A stretch of 64,000 bases of DNA, taken from assembly GCA_044223005.1 (NCBI GenBank), contig JBGAML010000013.1, positions 1 to 64,000 on the forward strand, given 5' to 3'. A model generated the notes under the pieces. It was not told where the DNA came from. It saw nothing but the letters and a program-made list of their open reading frames with translations, and ran no database searches. The translations under genes and the position numbers were made by a program. This DNA is from Candidatus Eiseniibacteriota bacterium. Lineage in GTDB: Bacteria > Eisenbacteria > RBG-16-71-46. This document shows, one piece after another, positions 55,983 to 64,000 of the stretch (position 1 is its first letter; every line of letters begins with the position of its first letter).

Positions 55983-56629
55983 GCGCGGCGCGCTACCCGT
56001 GGTGGATGGAGCCGGCCGCGGCGCTGGGGGCGCTGCTCGTGCGGCTGCTCGGTTCCACCTGGCGCGTGCGCGACGTGCGCCCGCCCCAGTACGCCGACGC
56101 CGTGGCCGCGGGCGAGCGGTTCGTCTACTGCTTCTGGCACGCGCGGCTGCTGCCGCTCGTGCACCTGCGGCGCGGCGAGCGGATCTGCGTGCTCGTGTCG
56201 CGGCACCGCGACGGCCAGCTGATCACGCGCATCATCGAGCACGTGGGCTTCACGAGCGCGCGCGGCTCGAGCACGCGCGGGGGCGAGGCCGGTGTGCGCG
56301 AGCTGCTCGCCGCGGCGGCCGACGGCCGCGACCTCGCGATCACGCCGGACGGACCGCGCGGGCCGGCCGAGGAGGTGAAGGACGGCCTGGCGTTCGTGGC
56401 GGCGCGCGTGGGGCTGCGCGTGGTGCCGATCGCCACCTCCGCACGCGCGTCGTGGGTCTTCCGGTCCTGGGACCGCTTCCGGGTGCCGAAGCCGTTCGCG
56501 ACGGTGCACGTGCACTACGGCGAGCCGATCCGCGTCACGACCGTCGACGAAGCGATGCGCACGACCCTGGAGCAGTCGCTGCGCGAGCTCACCGCCAGGG
56601 CCGACGCCGCCGCGGGGGTGACGCGATGA
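55979..56629 (+). CDS. DUF374 lysophospholipid acyltransferase (LpxJ-like)
   Basis: Motifs FWH, VSRHRDG, RGSSTRGG, ITPDGPRGP, SWDRF.VPKPF. Confidence 0.88.
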   Translation: MSAARYPWWMEPAAALGALLVRLLGSTWRVRDVRPPQYADAVAAGERFVYCFWHARLLPLVHLRRGERICVLVSRHRDGQLITRIIEHVGFTSARGSSTRGGEAGVRELLAAAADGRDLAITPDGPRGPAEEVKDGLAFVAARVGLRVVPIATSARASWVFRSWDRFRVPKPFATVHVHYGEPIRVTTVDEAMRTTLEQSLRELTARADAAAGVTR

Positions 56630-57873
56630 GCCTGCTCTGGAACGCCTACCGCGTGTTCGCGCCCGTCCTGGGTGCCGTCGCGCCGGCCGGCGGGATCTTC
56701 GTTTCGCCGAACGAGCGCACGTTCTGGCTGGAGCGGCTCGGCGAGGTGACGCTGCCGGGCGGCTGCGACGCGTGGGTGCACGCCGCCTCGCTGGGCGAAG
56801 CGTCGGCGGTGCCGCCCTTCCTCCGCGAGCTCGACGCCGTGCGACCCGCTGCGCGCTTCTGGCTCACCGCGACCTCGCGCACGGGCCGCGCCGCGCTCGC
56901 GGCGCACGGCCGCCCGCATTCGCTCGCGCCCATCGATTCCCCGCAGGCGACGCGCCGCTTCCTGGAGGGCGTACAGCCGCAGCGGATGTTCCTGATCGAG
57001 ACCGAGCTGTGGCCGCACTGGCTGCTGCGCGCGCGTGCGGAGGGACTGCCGGTCGCGGTCGTCAGCGCGCGATTGAGCGAGCGCTCGGTCGCGCGCTACC
57101 GCCGGCTCGGTCCCGGGCTCCGCGACCTCGTCGGCGGGCTGGGCGCCGTGCTCTGCCAGGGCGAGGACGACCATCGCCGCTGGCTGGCGATCGGCGCGCC
57201 GCCCGAACGCACCCGTGTCGTGGGCAACCTGAAGAGCGACGGCCTGCCGCACCCGGCGCCGGATCGCGCCGCGGCGCGCGCGGAGGCGGGCCTCGACCCG
57301 GCGCGGCCGCTGCTCGTGCTCGGCAGCCTGCGCCCCGGGGAGGCGTTCGCGCTCGGTCGCGCGTGGCTCGGCCTGCCCGAGGCGACGCGCCGCCGCTGGC
57401 AGGTGGTCGCGGTGCCGCGGCACCCGCGCGCGTCGGACGAACTTCGCGCCGAGGCCGCGCAGGCGGGCGTCGAGGTGGCGAGCGGCGACCCCGTGCCGGG
57501 AGCGTGGCGGTGGGACGACCGGACCGGCGTGCTGGTCGGCTGGTATCGCGCGGCGGACGTGGCGTTCGTGGGCGGGAGCGTTGCGCGCTACGGCGGCCAC
57601 AATCCGCTCGAGCCGGCCGCGTGCGGCGCAGCCGTGCTCATGGGCCCGCACCACGCGTCGCAGCGCGACGGCGTGCGCGCGCTGCAGGCCGCCGGCGCCA
57701 TCCGCGTCGGCGCCGCGGGCGCGTCGCTGCAGTCGGCGCTGCGCGAGCTGCTCGAGGACGAGGACGTGCGGGCCCGCGCCGCATCGGCCGCGCGCGAGGT
57801 GGCGCAAAGCCAGCGCGGCGCTGCGGCGCGGGCGGTCGCGAGCCTCGTGGAGCTCGGGCTGTGGTCCGCGTGA
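56626..57873 (+). CDS. waaA: Kdo transferase
   Basis: Motifs WVHAASLGE, APID, ETELWP, SARLSERS, GNLK.D, VPRHP, FVGGS, GGHNPLEPA. Confidence 0.95.
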   Translation: MSLLWNAYRVFAPVLGAVAPAGGIFVSPNERTFWLERLGEVTLPGGCDAWVHAASLGEASAVPPFLRELDAVRPAARFWLTATSRTGRAALAAHGRPHSLAPIDSPQATRRFLEGVQPQRMFLIETELWPHWLLRARAEGLPVAVVSARLSERSVARYRRLGPGLRDLVGGLGAVLCQGEDDHRRWLAIGAPPERTRVVGNLKSDGLPHPAPDRAAARAEAGLDPARPLLVLGSLRPGEAFALGRAWLGLPEATRRRWQVVAVPRHPRASDELRAEAAQAGVEVASGDPVPGAWRWDDRTGVLVGWYRAADVAFVGGSVARYGGHNPLEPAACGAAVLMGPHHASQRDGVRALQAAGAIRVGAAGASLQSALRELLEDEDVRARAASAAREVAQSQRGAAARAVASLVELGLWSA

Positions 57874-58820
57874 GTTTGCGCCTGCTCGCGCCGCTCGCCG
57901 CGCTCTACGGCTGGGCGTGGGAGCAGCGCCGCGAGCGGTACGCGCGCGGCGCCGCGCGTCAGGAGTCGGTGCCGGCGCGCGTGGTGAGCCTCGGCAACCT
58001 GACCGTCGGCGGCACCGGCAAGACGACGCTCGCGCTGGCGCTCGCGGCGGCGGCGCGGGCGCGGGGAGTCGACGTCGCGGTGGCCTGCCGCCGCTACCAC
58101 CCCGGACCGCAGGGACACGGCGACGAGGAACTGCTCTATCGCGCGGCGCTGGGCGAGGCGCGCACGTTCGCGGGCCGGCGCAAGCTCGAGCTCGCGCGGG
58201 CCGCGGCGGCGGCCGGCGCGAAGCTCGTGCTGGTGGACGACGGCTTCTCGCACTGGCCTCTCGCGCGCGACCTGGACGTGGTGCTGCTCGACGCGAGTGA
58301 CCTCTGGGGCGGCGGAGCCCTGCTGCCCGCGGGCCGGCTGCGCGAGCCGCGGCGCGCGCTGCAGCGGGCGCAGGTGCTGGTGCTCTCGCGGCTCGAAGCG
58401 GGGCGCGATCCCGCGCCGCTGTTCGCGGAGGTGCGGCCCTTCGCGCCCGCGGCGCTCCTCGCCGCCGGGCGTCACCGGCTGACCGGCGTGCTCGATCCGG
58501 AGGGCCGGCCCGTGCGCGTGGCCGGGCCGGTGCACGTGGTGACGGCGACGGGCAACCCGGACGCCGTGGCTCGCAGCGCCGCCGAGGCCGGTTTCGGCCC
58601 GGTCACCTTGCGCGCCTATCGCGACCACCACTGGTTCTCGCGGGCGGAGGCCGCGCGAGAGGCGGAAGCCGCCGGGGGAGCGACGTTGCTCGTCACGCCG
58701 AAGGATGCCGTACGCTGGCCGGCGGACGCGCCGCGGCGGCCGCACGTGCTGGGGGTCGAGTGGGCGTGGGTCGCGGGCGGCGAGGCCGTCGAGCGGCGGG
58801 TGTTCGGCGAAGGAGCCTGA
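57870..58820 (+). CDS. lpxK: tetraacyldisaccharide 4'-kinase
   Basis: Motifs VVSLGNLTVGGTGKT, GDE, DDGFSH, LLPAGRLRE, DHH, VTPKD. Confidence 0.93.
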   Translation: MSLRLLAPLAALYGWAWEQRRERYARGAARQESVPARVVSLGNLTVGGTGKTTLALALAAAARARGVDVAVACRRYHPGPQGHGDEELLYRAALGEARTFAGRRKLELARAAAAAGAKLVLVDDGFSHWPLARDLDVVLLDASDLWGGGALLPAGRLREPRRALQRAQVLVLSRLEAGRDPAPLFAEVRPFAPAALLAAGRHRLTGVLDPEGRPVRVAGPVHVVTATGNPDAVARSAAEAGFGPVTLRAYRDHHWFSRAEAAREAEAAGGATLLVTPKDAVRWPADAPRRPHVLGVEWAWVAGGEAVERRVFGEGA

Positions 58821-60461
58821 ATGATCACGGAGACGGACGTCCTCGTGCTGGGTAGCGGCATCGGCGGGCTCATGCTCGCGCTCAAGGCCGCGCGGTTCGG
58901 CGACGTGGTGGTGATGACGAAGAAGGGTGCCGACGATTCGAGCACCAACTGGGCGCAGGGTGGCATCGCGGCCGTGTTCGACCGCCGCGACAGCTTCCGC
59001 AACCACGTCGCGGACACGCTGACGTGCGGCGCCGGGCTCTCGGATCGCGCCGTCGTCGAGGCCATCGTGCGCGAGGCGCCGGACCGCGTGGAGGAACTGG
59101 CGCGGCTCGGCGTGGCGTTCAACCGGCGCTCGACCACGTTCGACCTCGGGCGCGAGGGCGGGCATTCGCATCGCCGCATCGTGCACGCGTCGGACCTCAC
59201 GGGGCACGCGATCGAGCAGACGCTGCTCGCGCGCGTGCGCTCGCACCCGCGCATCCGGCTGGTCGAGGGCCAGCTCGCCGTCGATCTCATCCTCGATTCG
59301 CGCCTGGGCGGGCGGCGGCCGGCCGCGCCGCGCGACGCCTGCTGGGGCGCCTACGTCATGGACCGGCGCACCGGGCGGATCCGCCCCGTGAGCGCGCGCG
59401 TGACCGTGCTGGCGACCGGCGGCTGCGGCAAGGTCTACCTCTACACGAGCAACCCCGACGTCGCGACGGGCGACGGCATCGCCATGGCCTACCGTGCGGG
59501 CGCGCCCGTCGAGAGCATGGAGTTCGTGCAGTTCCACCCGACGGTGCTGTTCCACCCGGCGGCGCGCACGTTCCTGATCAGCGAGGCCGTGCGCGGCGAG
59601 GGCGCGGTGCTGCGCACGCTCGACGGCAACCGGTTCATGCCGCGCGTCCATCCGCTCGCCGAACTCGCGCCCCGTGACGTCGTGGCGCGCGCGATCGACC
59701 GCGAGATGAAGCGGCGCGGCGACGCGCACGTCTGGCTCGACATCACGCACCTGCCCGCGAGCCGCGTGCGGCAGCGATTCCCGAACATCGACGCGCAGCT
59801 GCGCGCGCTCGGGATCGACATGACGCGCGATCCGATCCCGGTCGTGCCCGCGGCGCACTACATGTGCGGGGGCGTCCGCGCGACGCTCTCGGGCCGGACG
59901 CCGATCGCGGGGCTGCTCGCGATCGGTGAGGTGGCCTGCACCGGCCTGCACGGCGCCAACCGGCTCGCGAGCAACTCGCTGCTCGAGGCGCTGGTGGGAG
60001 CGCATCACGCGGCCGACGAGATCGCGGCCCGGCTCGCCGTGGCGAAGAAGCCGCGGCCGGCGGCACCGTGGCGCACGCGCGGCACGCGGCCGCCGCAGGA
60101 AACGGTGGTGGTGCACCACAACTGGGACACCGTGCGGCGCGTGATGTGGGACCTCGTCGGCATCGTGCGCACGGACGAGCGTCTCGCCTTCGCGGCGCGC
60201 CGGCTGGCGCTGCTGCGCGAGGAGATCGAGCGCGACTACGACCGGCTGCGGCTGTCGCCCGACCTGATCGAGCTGCGCAACATCGCCCTGGTGGGCAGCC
60301 TGATCGTCGCCTGTGCCCAGCGCCGCAAGGAGAGCCGCGGCCTGCACTACACGCTCGATCACCTCAAGCGGAGCCCGGCGTTCGGGAAGCGGACGATGCG
60401 GCTGCGGCGTCCCGCCGCGGGCCGGCCCCCGCTTGTGCCCGGTTCTCCGGGCGACCTATAG
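58821..60461 (+). CDS. nadB: L-aspartate oxidase
   Basis: Motifs GSGIGG, AQGGIA, REGGHS.RRI.H, QFHPT, SEAVRGEG, ELAPRD, HYMCGG, GLHGANRLASNSLLE, ESRGLH. Confidence 0.96.
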   Translation: MITETDVLVLGSGIGGLMLALKAARFGDVVVMTKKGADDSSTNWAQGGIAAVFDRRDSFRNHVADTLTCGAGLSDRAVVEAIVREAPDRVEELARLGVAFNRRSTTFDLGREGGHSHRRIVHASDLTGHAIEQTLLARVRSHPRIRLVEGQLAVDLILDSRLGGRRPAAPRDACWGAYVMDRRTGRIRPVSARVTVLATGGCGKVYLYTSNPDVATGDGIAMAYRAGAPVESMEFVQFHPTVLFHPAARTFLISEAVRGEGAVLRTLDGNRFMPRVHPLAELAPRDVVARAIDREMKRRGDAHVWLDITHLPASRVRQRFPNIDAQLRALGIDMTRDPIPVVPAAHYMCGGVRATLSGRTPIAGLLAIGEVACTGLHGANRLASNSLLEALVGAHHAADEIAARLAVAKKPRPAAPWRTRGTRPPQETVVVHHNWDTVRRVMWDLVGIVRTDERLAFAARRLALLREEIERDYDRLRLSPDLIELRNIALVGSLIVACAQRRKESRGLHYTLDHLKRSPAFGKRTMRLRRPAAGRPPLVPGSPGDL

Positions 60462-60471
60462 TCGGCGGCTG

Positions 60472-60876
60472 ATGAGCGGCGAAACGGCCTTCTGGGACGC
60501 GGTCGACGCGTTGCGCTCGCGCCGGCGGCGCTACGCGCGCGAGGCGTACGCATTCGTGGTGGGCTCGCTCACGGCCACGGTCCAGGCCCTGCCGGCGGAG
60601 CGCCGGGACGACCCGCAGGCGCGGCACCTCTCGGGCCGCGAACTCGTCGCCGGTCTGGTGCGGCTCGCGCGGCAGGAGTTCGGCACGATGGCCCCGATGG
60701 TGTTCCGCGAGTGGGGCGTGACGAGCGGCGAGGACGTGGGCGAGATCGTGTTCGAGCTCGTGGGCTGCGGCCAGCTCTCGGCCCGCCCCGAGGACACGAT
60801 GGACGACTTCCGCGGCGGCCCCGACCTGCTCGCGGCGCTCGCGACCGAGCTGCCTCCGGGCCCGCGGCCGGCCTGA
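60472..60876 (+). CDS. Minf_1886-type conserved small protein
   Basis: Motifs RY.REAY.FV, RHLSGREL, FG.MA..VF.EWGV, DVGEIVF.LV, DT.DDF; family assignment is from recollection of the pattern. Confidence 0.75.
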   Translation: MSGETAFWDAVDALRSRRRRYAREAYAFVVGSLTATVQALPAERRDDPQARHLSGRELVAGLVRLARQEFGTMAPMVFREWGVTSGEDVGEIVFELVGCGQLSARPEDTMDDFRGGPDLLAALATELPPGPRPA

Positions 60877-60880
60877 CCGC

Positions 60881-62716
60881 GTGCACGCCTACCTGCGGCT
60901 CCTGCGGCTGCTGCGGCCGTACCGCCTGAAGCTGGCGGCGGCGCTCGTGTGCATGGTGCTCTACTCGGTGACGGCGACGCTGTCGCTGACGCTGATCCAG
61001 CCGTTCATGCACCTGATGTTCGCGACCGCGAGCGGCACCACCGCCTCGCCGGTCGACACCGTCGGCAGCGGCCCGATGGCGGGCGTGGCGTGGCTCTCCG
61101 CGCCACTCGCGGGCTGGAACCACTGGTTGTTCGATTCGCGGCCATTGATCGGCTTCGAGCGGCTCTGCTTCGTGGTGCTGGTGCTCTTCTTCCTCAAGAA
61201 CGTGGCCGACTACGCGTCGTCCTACCTCAGCGTCGCGGTGGAGCAGGGCGCGATGCGCGACCTGCGCCGGATGGTGTTCGCGCACCTCCAGCGTCTCTCG
61301 CTCGGGTTCGTGCACGGCAATCGTGCGGGCACGCTGATCTCGCGTGCGACCAACGACGTCGACGCGTTGCGCGACACGCTGGCCGCGAGCATCAGCAACA
61401 TCATCAAGGACGGCCTCACCCTCGTCGGCTACCTCGCGGTGACGTTCTCCGCGTCGTGGCGGCTGGCGCTGATCTCGCTGCTCGTGGGCCCGCCCGCCGG
61501 CCTCGCGCTGACCGCGGTGGGTCGCAAGATGCGCAAGCGCTCGGGTCGCACGCAGGAGCGCATGGCCGAGATCACGCACGTGCTGCAGGAGACGATCACG
61601 GGCGCGCGGGTGGTGCGGGCGTTCGGCATGGAGCGGCACGAGGAGGCGCGGTTCGATCGTGCGAACACCGGCTACTTCCAGGCGTTCGTGCGGCTGCGCC
61701 GGGTGTCCGCGGCGCTGAAGCCGTTCAGCGAATACGTGATCATCCTGGTCGCGGTGGTGATCGCGTGGGCGGGCGCGCGCGAGATCTTCGTGCACCGTAC
61801 CCTGCCGCCGGAGCGGCTGTTCCAGTTCGTGGCGGCGCTGCTCGCGACGATCTCACCCATCAAGAGCCTCTCCGAGGTGAACAGCAAGGTGGCGACCGGG
61901 CTGGGCGCGGCCGACCGCGTGTTCGGACTGCTCGACACGCCGCCGGCGATCGCCGACCGGCCGGGCGCGCGGCCGCTGGCGCCGCTGGCGGAGGCGATCC
62001 GCTACGAGGACGTGAGCTTCGCCTACGACACCGGCGCGCCGGTGCTGCACGACGTCTCGCTCGCGGTGCGGCGGGGCGAGGTCGTGGCGCTGGTGGGGGC
62101 GAGCGGTGCGGGCAAGAGCACGACGCTCGACCTGCTCGCGCGTTTCCACGACCCGACGTCGGGCCGGATCACGATCGACGGCGTCGACCTGCGCGACGTC
62201 ACGGTGGCGTCCCTGCGCGGACAGCTCGGGATCGTGACGCAGGAGACGATCCTCTTTCACGACACCGTGCGGGCGAACATCGCCTACGGCCGCGCGGACG
62301 CGGACGACGCCGCGATCGAGGCGGCCGCCCGGGCCGCGCATGCGCACGACTTCGTCGCGAAGCTGCCGGAGGGCTACGCGACCCTGATCGGCGACCGCGG
62401 CGTGCGGCTCTCCGGCGGCGAGCGGCAGCGGCTCGCGATCGCGCGGGCCCTGCTGCGGAACCCGCCCGTGCTGCTGCTCGACGAAGCCACGTCGTCGCTC
62501 GACACCGAGAGCGAGCGACTCGTGCAGGACGCGCTCGAGCGCCTCATGCGCGAGCGCACCGTGCTCGTGATCGCGCACCGGCTCTCGACCGTGCAGCACG
62601 CGGACCGCATCTGCGTGTTCGAGGCCGGGCGGATCGTGCAGGTCGGCACGCACGCCGAGCTGGTCGCGGTCGAGGGGCCGTACCAGCGCCTGCACGCGCT
62701 GCAGTTCCGGGACTGA
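60881..62716 (+). CDS. msbA: lipid A flippase-type ABC exporter (MsbA-like)
   Basis: TM domain plus GASGAGKST, VTQE..LF, LSGGERQR, LDEATSSLD, IAHRLST; sits in the lipid A cluster. Confidence 0.85.
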   Translation: MHAYLRLLRLLRPYRLKLAAALVCMVLYSVTATLSLTLIQPFMHLMFATASGTTASPVDTVGSGPMAGVAWLSAPLAGWNHWLFDSRPLIGFERLCFVVLVLFFLKNVADYASSYLSVAVEQGAMRDLRRMVFAHLQRLSLGFVHGNRAGTLISRATNDVDALRDTLAASISNIIKDGLTLVGYLAVTFSASWRLALISLLVGPPAGLALTAVGRKMRKRSGRTQERMAEITHVLQETITGARVVRAFGMERHEEARFDRANTGYFQAFVRLRRVSAALKPFSEYVIILVAVVIAWAGAREIFVHRTLPPERLFQFVAALLATISPIKSLSEVNSKVATGLGAADRVFGLLDTPPAIADRPGARPLAPLAEAIRYEDVSFAYDTGAPVLHDVSLAVRRGEVVALVGASGAGKSTTLDLLARFHDPTSGRITIDGVDLRDVTVASLRGQLGIVTQETILFHDTVRANIAYGRADADDAAIEAAARAAHAHDFVAKLPEGYATLIGDRGVRLSGGERQRLAIARALLRNPPVLLLDEATSSLDTESERLVQDALERLMRERTVLVIAHRLSTVQHADRICVFEAGRIVQVGTHAELVAVEGPYQRLHALQFRD

Positions 62717-62719
62717 CGC

Positions 62720-63766
62720 GTGGCTCGCGCCAGGCCGGTCGCCGTCCCGGACGGGGGCTTCCGCGAGATCGCGGTGCTGCGGCTTTCCTCGCTCGGCGAC
62801 GTGGTGCTCACGCTGCCCGTGGTGCACGCGCTGCACGCGCGCTGGCCGCAGGCGCGGCTGCACTACTGGGTGAAGGAGGAGTACGCCGCCGTCGTCGCGC
62901 ACGATCCCGCGATCGCGCACGTGCGACGGCTCGAGAAGGACGCGCGCGCGGTGCACGACGTGGTGTCGATGAGCGCCGAACTCGAGGCCTGCGACCTGAT
63001 CGTGGACCTGCACGGCAACACGCGCACCCGCACGCTGGCCTTCCGCCAGGCGGCGCCCGTCCTGCGCGCGCGTTCGTGGCGGCTTCGCCGCGCACTCTGG
63101 GTGCACGGCCGGGCCCTGCGCCCCCGGCCCGTACCGAATGCGCTCGCGCGCTACGCCGAGGCGCTGGCGCCGCTCGGCCTCGAGGTGCCCGGCGTGCCGC
63201 GCGTCACCGCGGGCGAGGCGGCCGAGCGCTGGGCGGAAGATCGGCTCGCGGTGTGGGGCGCGGGGCCCGCACCGGTGGCGCTCGCGCCGGGGGCACTGCA
63301 CGCGACCAAGCGCTGGCCGGAAGAACGCTGGTGCGCGCTCGACGCGGCGCTGGCCGCGCAGGCGCGACGGCGGCTGGTTTTCAGCACCGCGGCCGAGAAG
63401 CGCGCGCTCCCGGAACTCGCGCGCCGGATCGAAGCCGACCCGGCCGCCCGCTGGGTGACCGAGGATCTCGCGCGCGTGGCGGCGCTGCTGTCGCGCTGTT
63501 CGACCGCGGTGACGCACGACAGCGGCCTCATGCACCTGGCCGCGGCGCGCGGGCTGCGTGTGGTCGCGCTTTTCGGCAGCACCTCGCCCGTGCTCGGCTT
63601 CGCGCCGGCCGGGGAAGGGCACGCGGTGCTGTGCCGGAACGAGCCCTGCCAGCCGTGCACGCTCCACGGCCGCGCGGCCTGCCCGAAGGGCCACTTCCGC
63701 TGCATGACGGGCATCGAGCCGGGCGAGGTGCTCGCGGCGGTGGCGGAGCGCGCCGGGAACCCCTGA
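62720..63766 (+). CDS. glycosyltransferase family 9 (heptosyltransferase, WaaF/WaaC-like)
   Basis: Motifs LSSLGDV, DLHGN, PGA..TKRWP, HDSGLMHLAAA, ALFGST, C.PC…C…CM. Confidence 0.92.
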   Translation: MARARPVAVPDGGFREIAVLRLSSLGDVVLTLPVVHALHARWPQARLHYWVKEEYAAVVAHDPAIAHVRRLEKDARAVHDVVSMSAELEACDLIVDLHGNTRTRTLAFRQAAPVLRARSWRLRRALWVHGRALRPRPVPNALARYAEALAPLGLEVPGVPRVTAGEAAERWAEDRLAVWGAGPAPVALAPGALHATKRWPEERWCALDAALAAQARRRLVFSTAAEKRALPELARRIEADPAARWVTEDLARVAALLSRCSTAVTHDSGLMHLAAARGLRVVALFGSTSPVLGFAPAGEGHAVLCRNEPCQPCTLHGRAACPKGHFRCMTGIEPGEVLAAVAERAGNP

Positions 63767-63851
63767 ACCCGGACGCGGCGGATTTCCCGTTCCGCCCCGC
63801 CCGCGGCTGCGCTAGGCTGGTCCCAACCGACCGGGGCCGAGATCCGTTCGC

Positions 63852-64000
63852 ATGGTATCTGCCGGCCGACATCGCGTCCCCCGCAGCGCGCTGGCCACGC
63901 TTCCGTGGCTCGTCGCGCTGTTTTCGTTGCATGCGGGCGCCGTGGCGTGGGCGCTTCCCGGCGATGCGGCTGCGCGTGCTCGGGCCGTGGAGGCGTGCGT
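63852..64000 (+). CDS. 5' end of a probable exported protein truncated by the window edge
   Basis: ATG at 63852 is open to the edge and reads MVSAGRHRVPRSALATLPWLVALFSLHAGAVAWA (signal-like); TAGGCT -10 at 63813. Confidence 0.4.
   Translation, partial: MVSAGRHRVPRSALATLPWLVALFSLHAGAVAWALPGDAAARARAVEAC

Overview
Very GC-rich (roughly 70-75% by eye), gene-dense chromosomal segment of an LPS-producing diderm bacterium, almost entirely on the + strand. An lpxC-fabZ fusion, a MoxR/Bat operon, mcsA-mcsB-clpC and a Minf_1886-type gene together suggest an FCB/PVC-adjacent candidate phylum such as Ca. Eisenbacteria; this is inference only. Content is mostly housekeeping: purine synthesis (purD-purE, purM, purB-purL-purQ-purS-like-purF), sua5-ywlE-ilvE-rpiB-glyA, a bat cluster, polyprenyl synthase-rsfS-argS-pfkB, lnt, asd-truA-htrA, and lysS-lolCE-lolD-mcsAB-clpC-bamA-skp-lpxD-lpxC/fabZ-lpxA-gnnA-like-lpxB-lpxJ-like-waaA-lpxK-nadB-msbA-GT9. 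I saw no rRNA, tRNA, CRISPR or mobile element. The best novelty candidate is at 21.3-23.7 kb: an uncharacterised two-domain protein, then a structured intergenic region, then an unannotated 16-aa micro-ORF (MELLLDLIELLGKAGW) with a near-perfect Shine-Dalgarno, then a membrane-anchored HD-GYP phosphodiesterase. This may be a peptide-controlled cyclic-dinucleotide signalling module. Other points of note are a tandem PurS-like protein, a complete protein-arginine phosphorylation set in a diderm, a non-canonical ArgS HIGH motif, several sigma54-related parts, a GnnA-type gene in the lipid A operon and likely leaderless genes. All calls come from reading motifs by eye; no searches were run.
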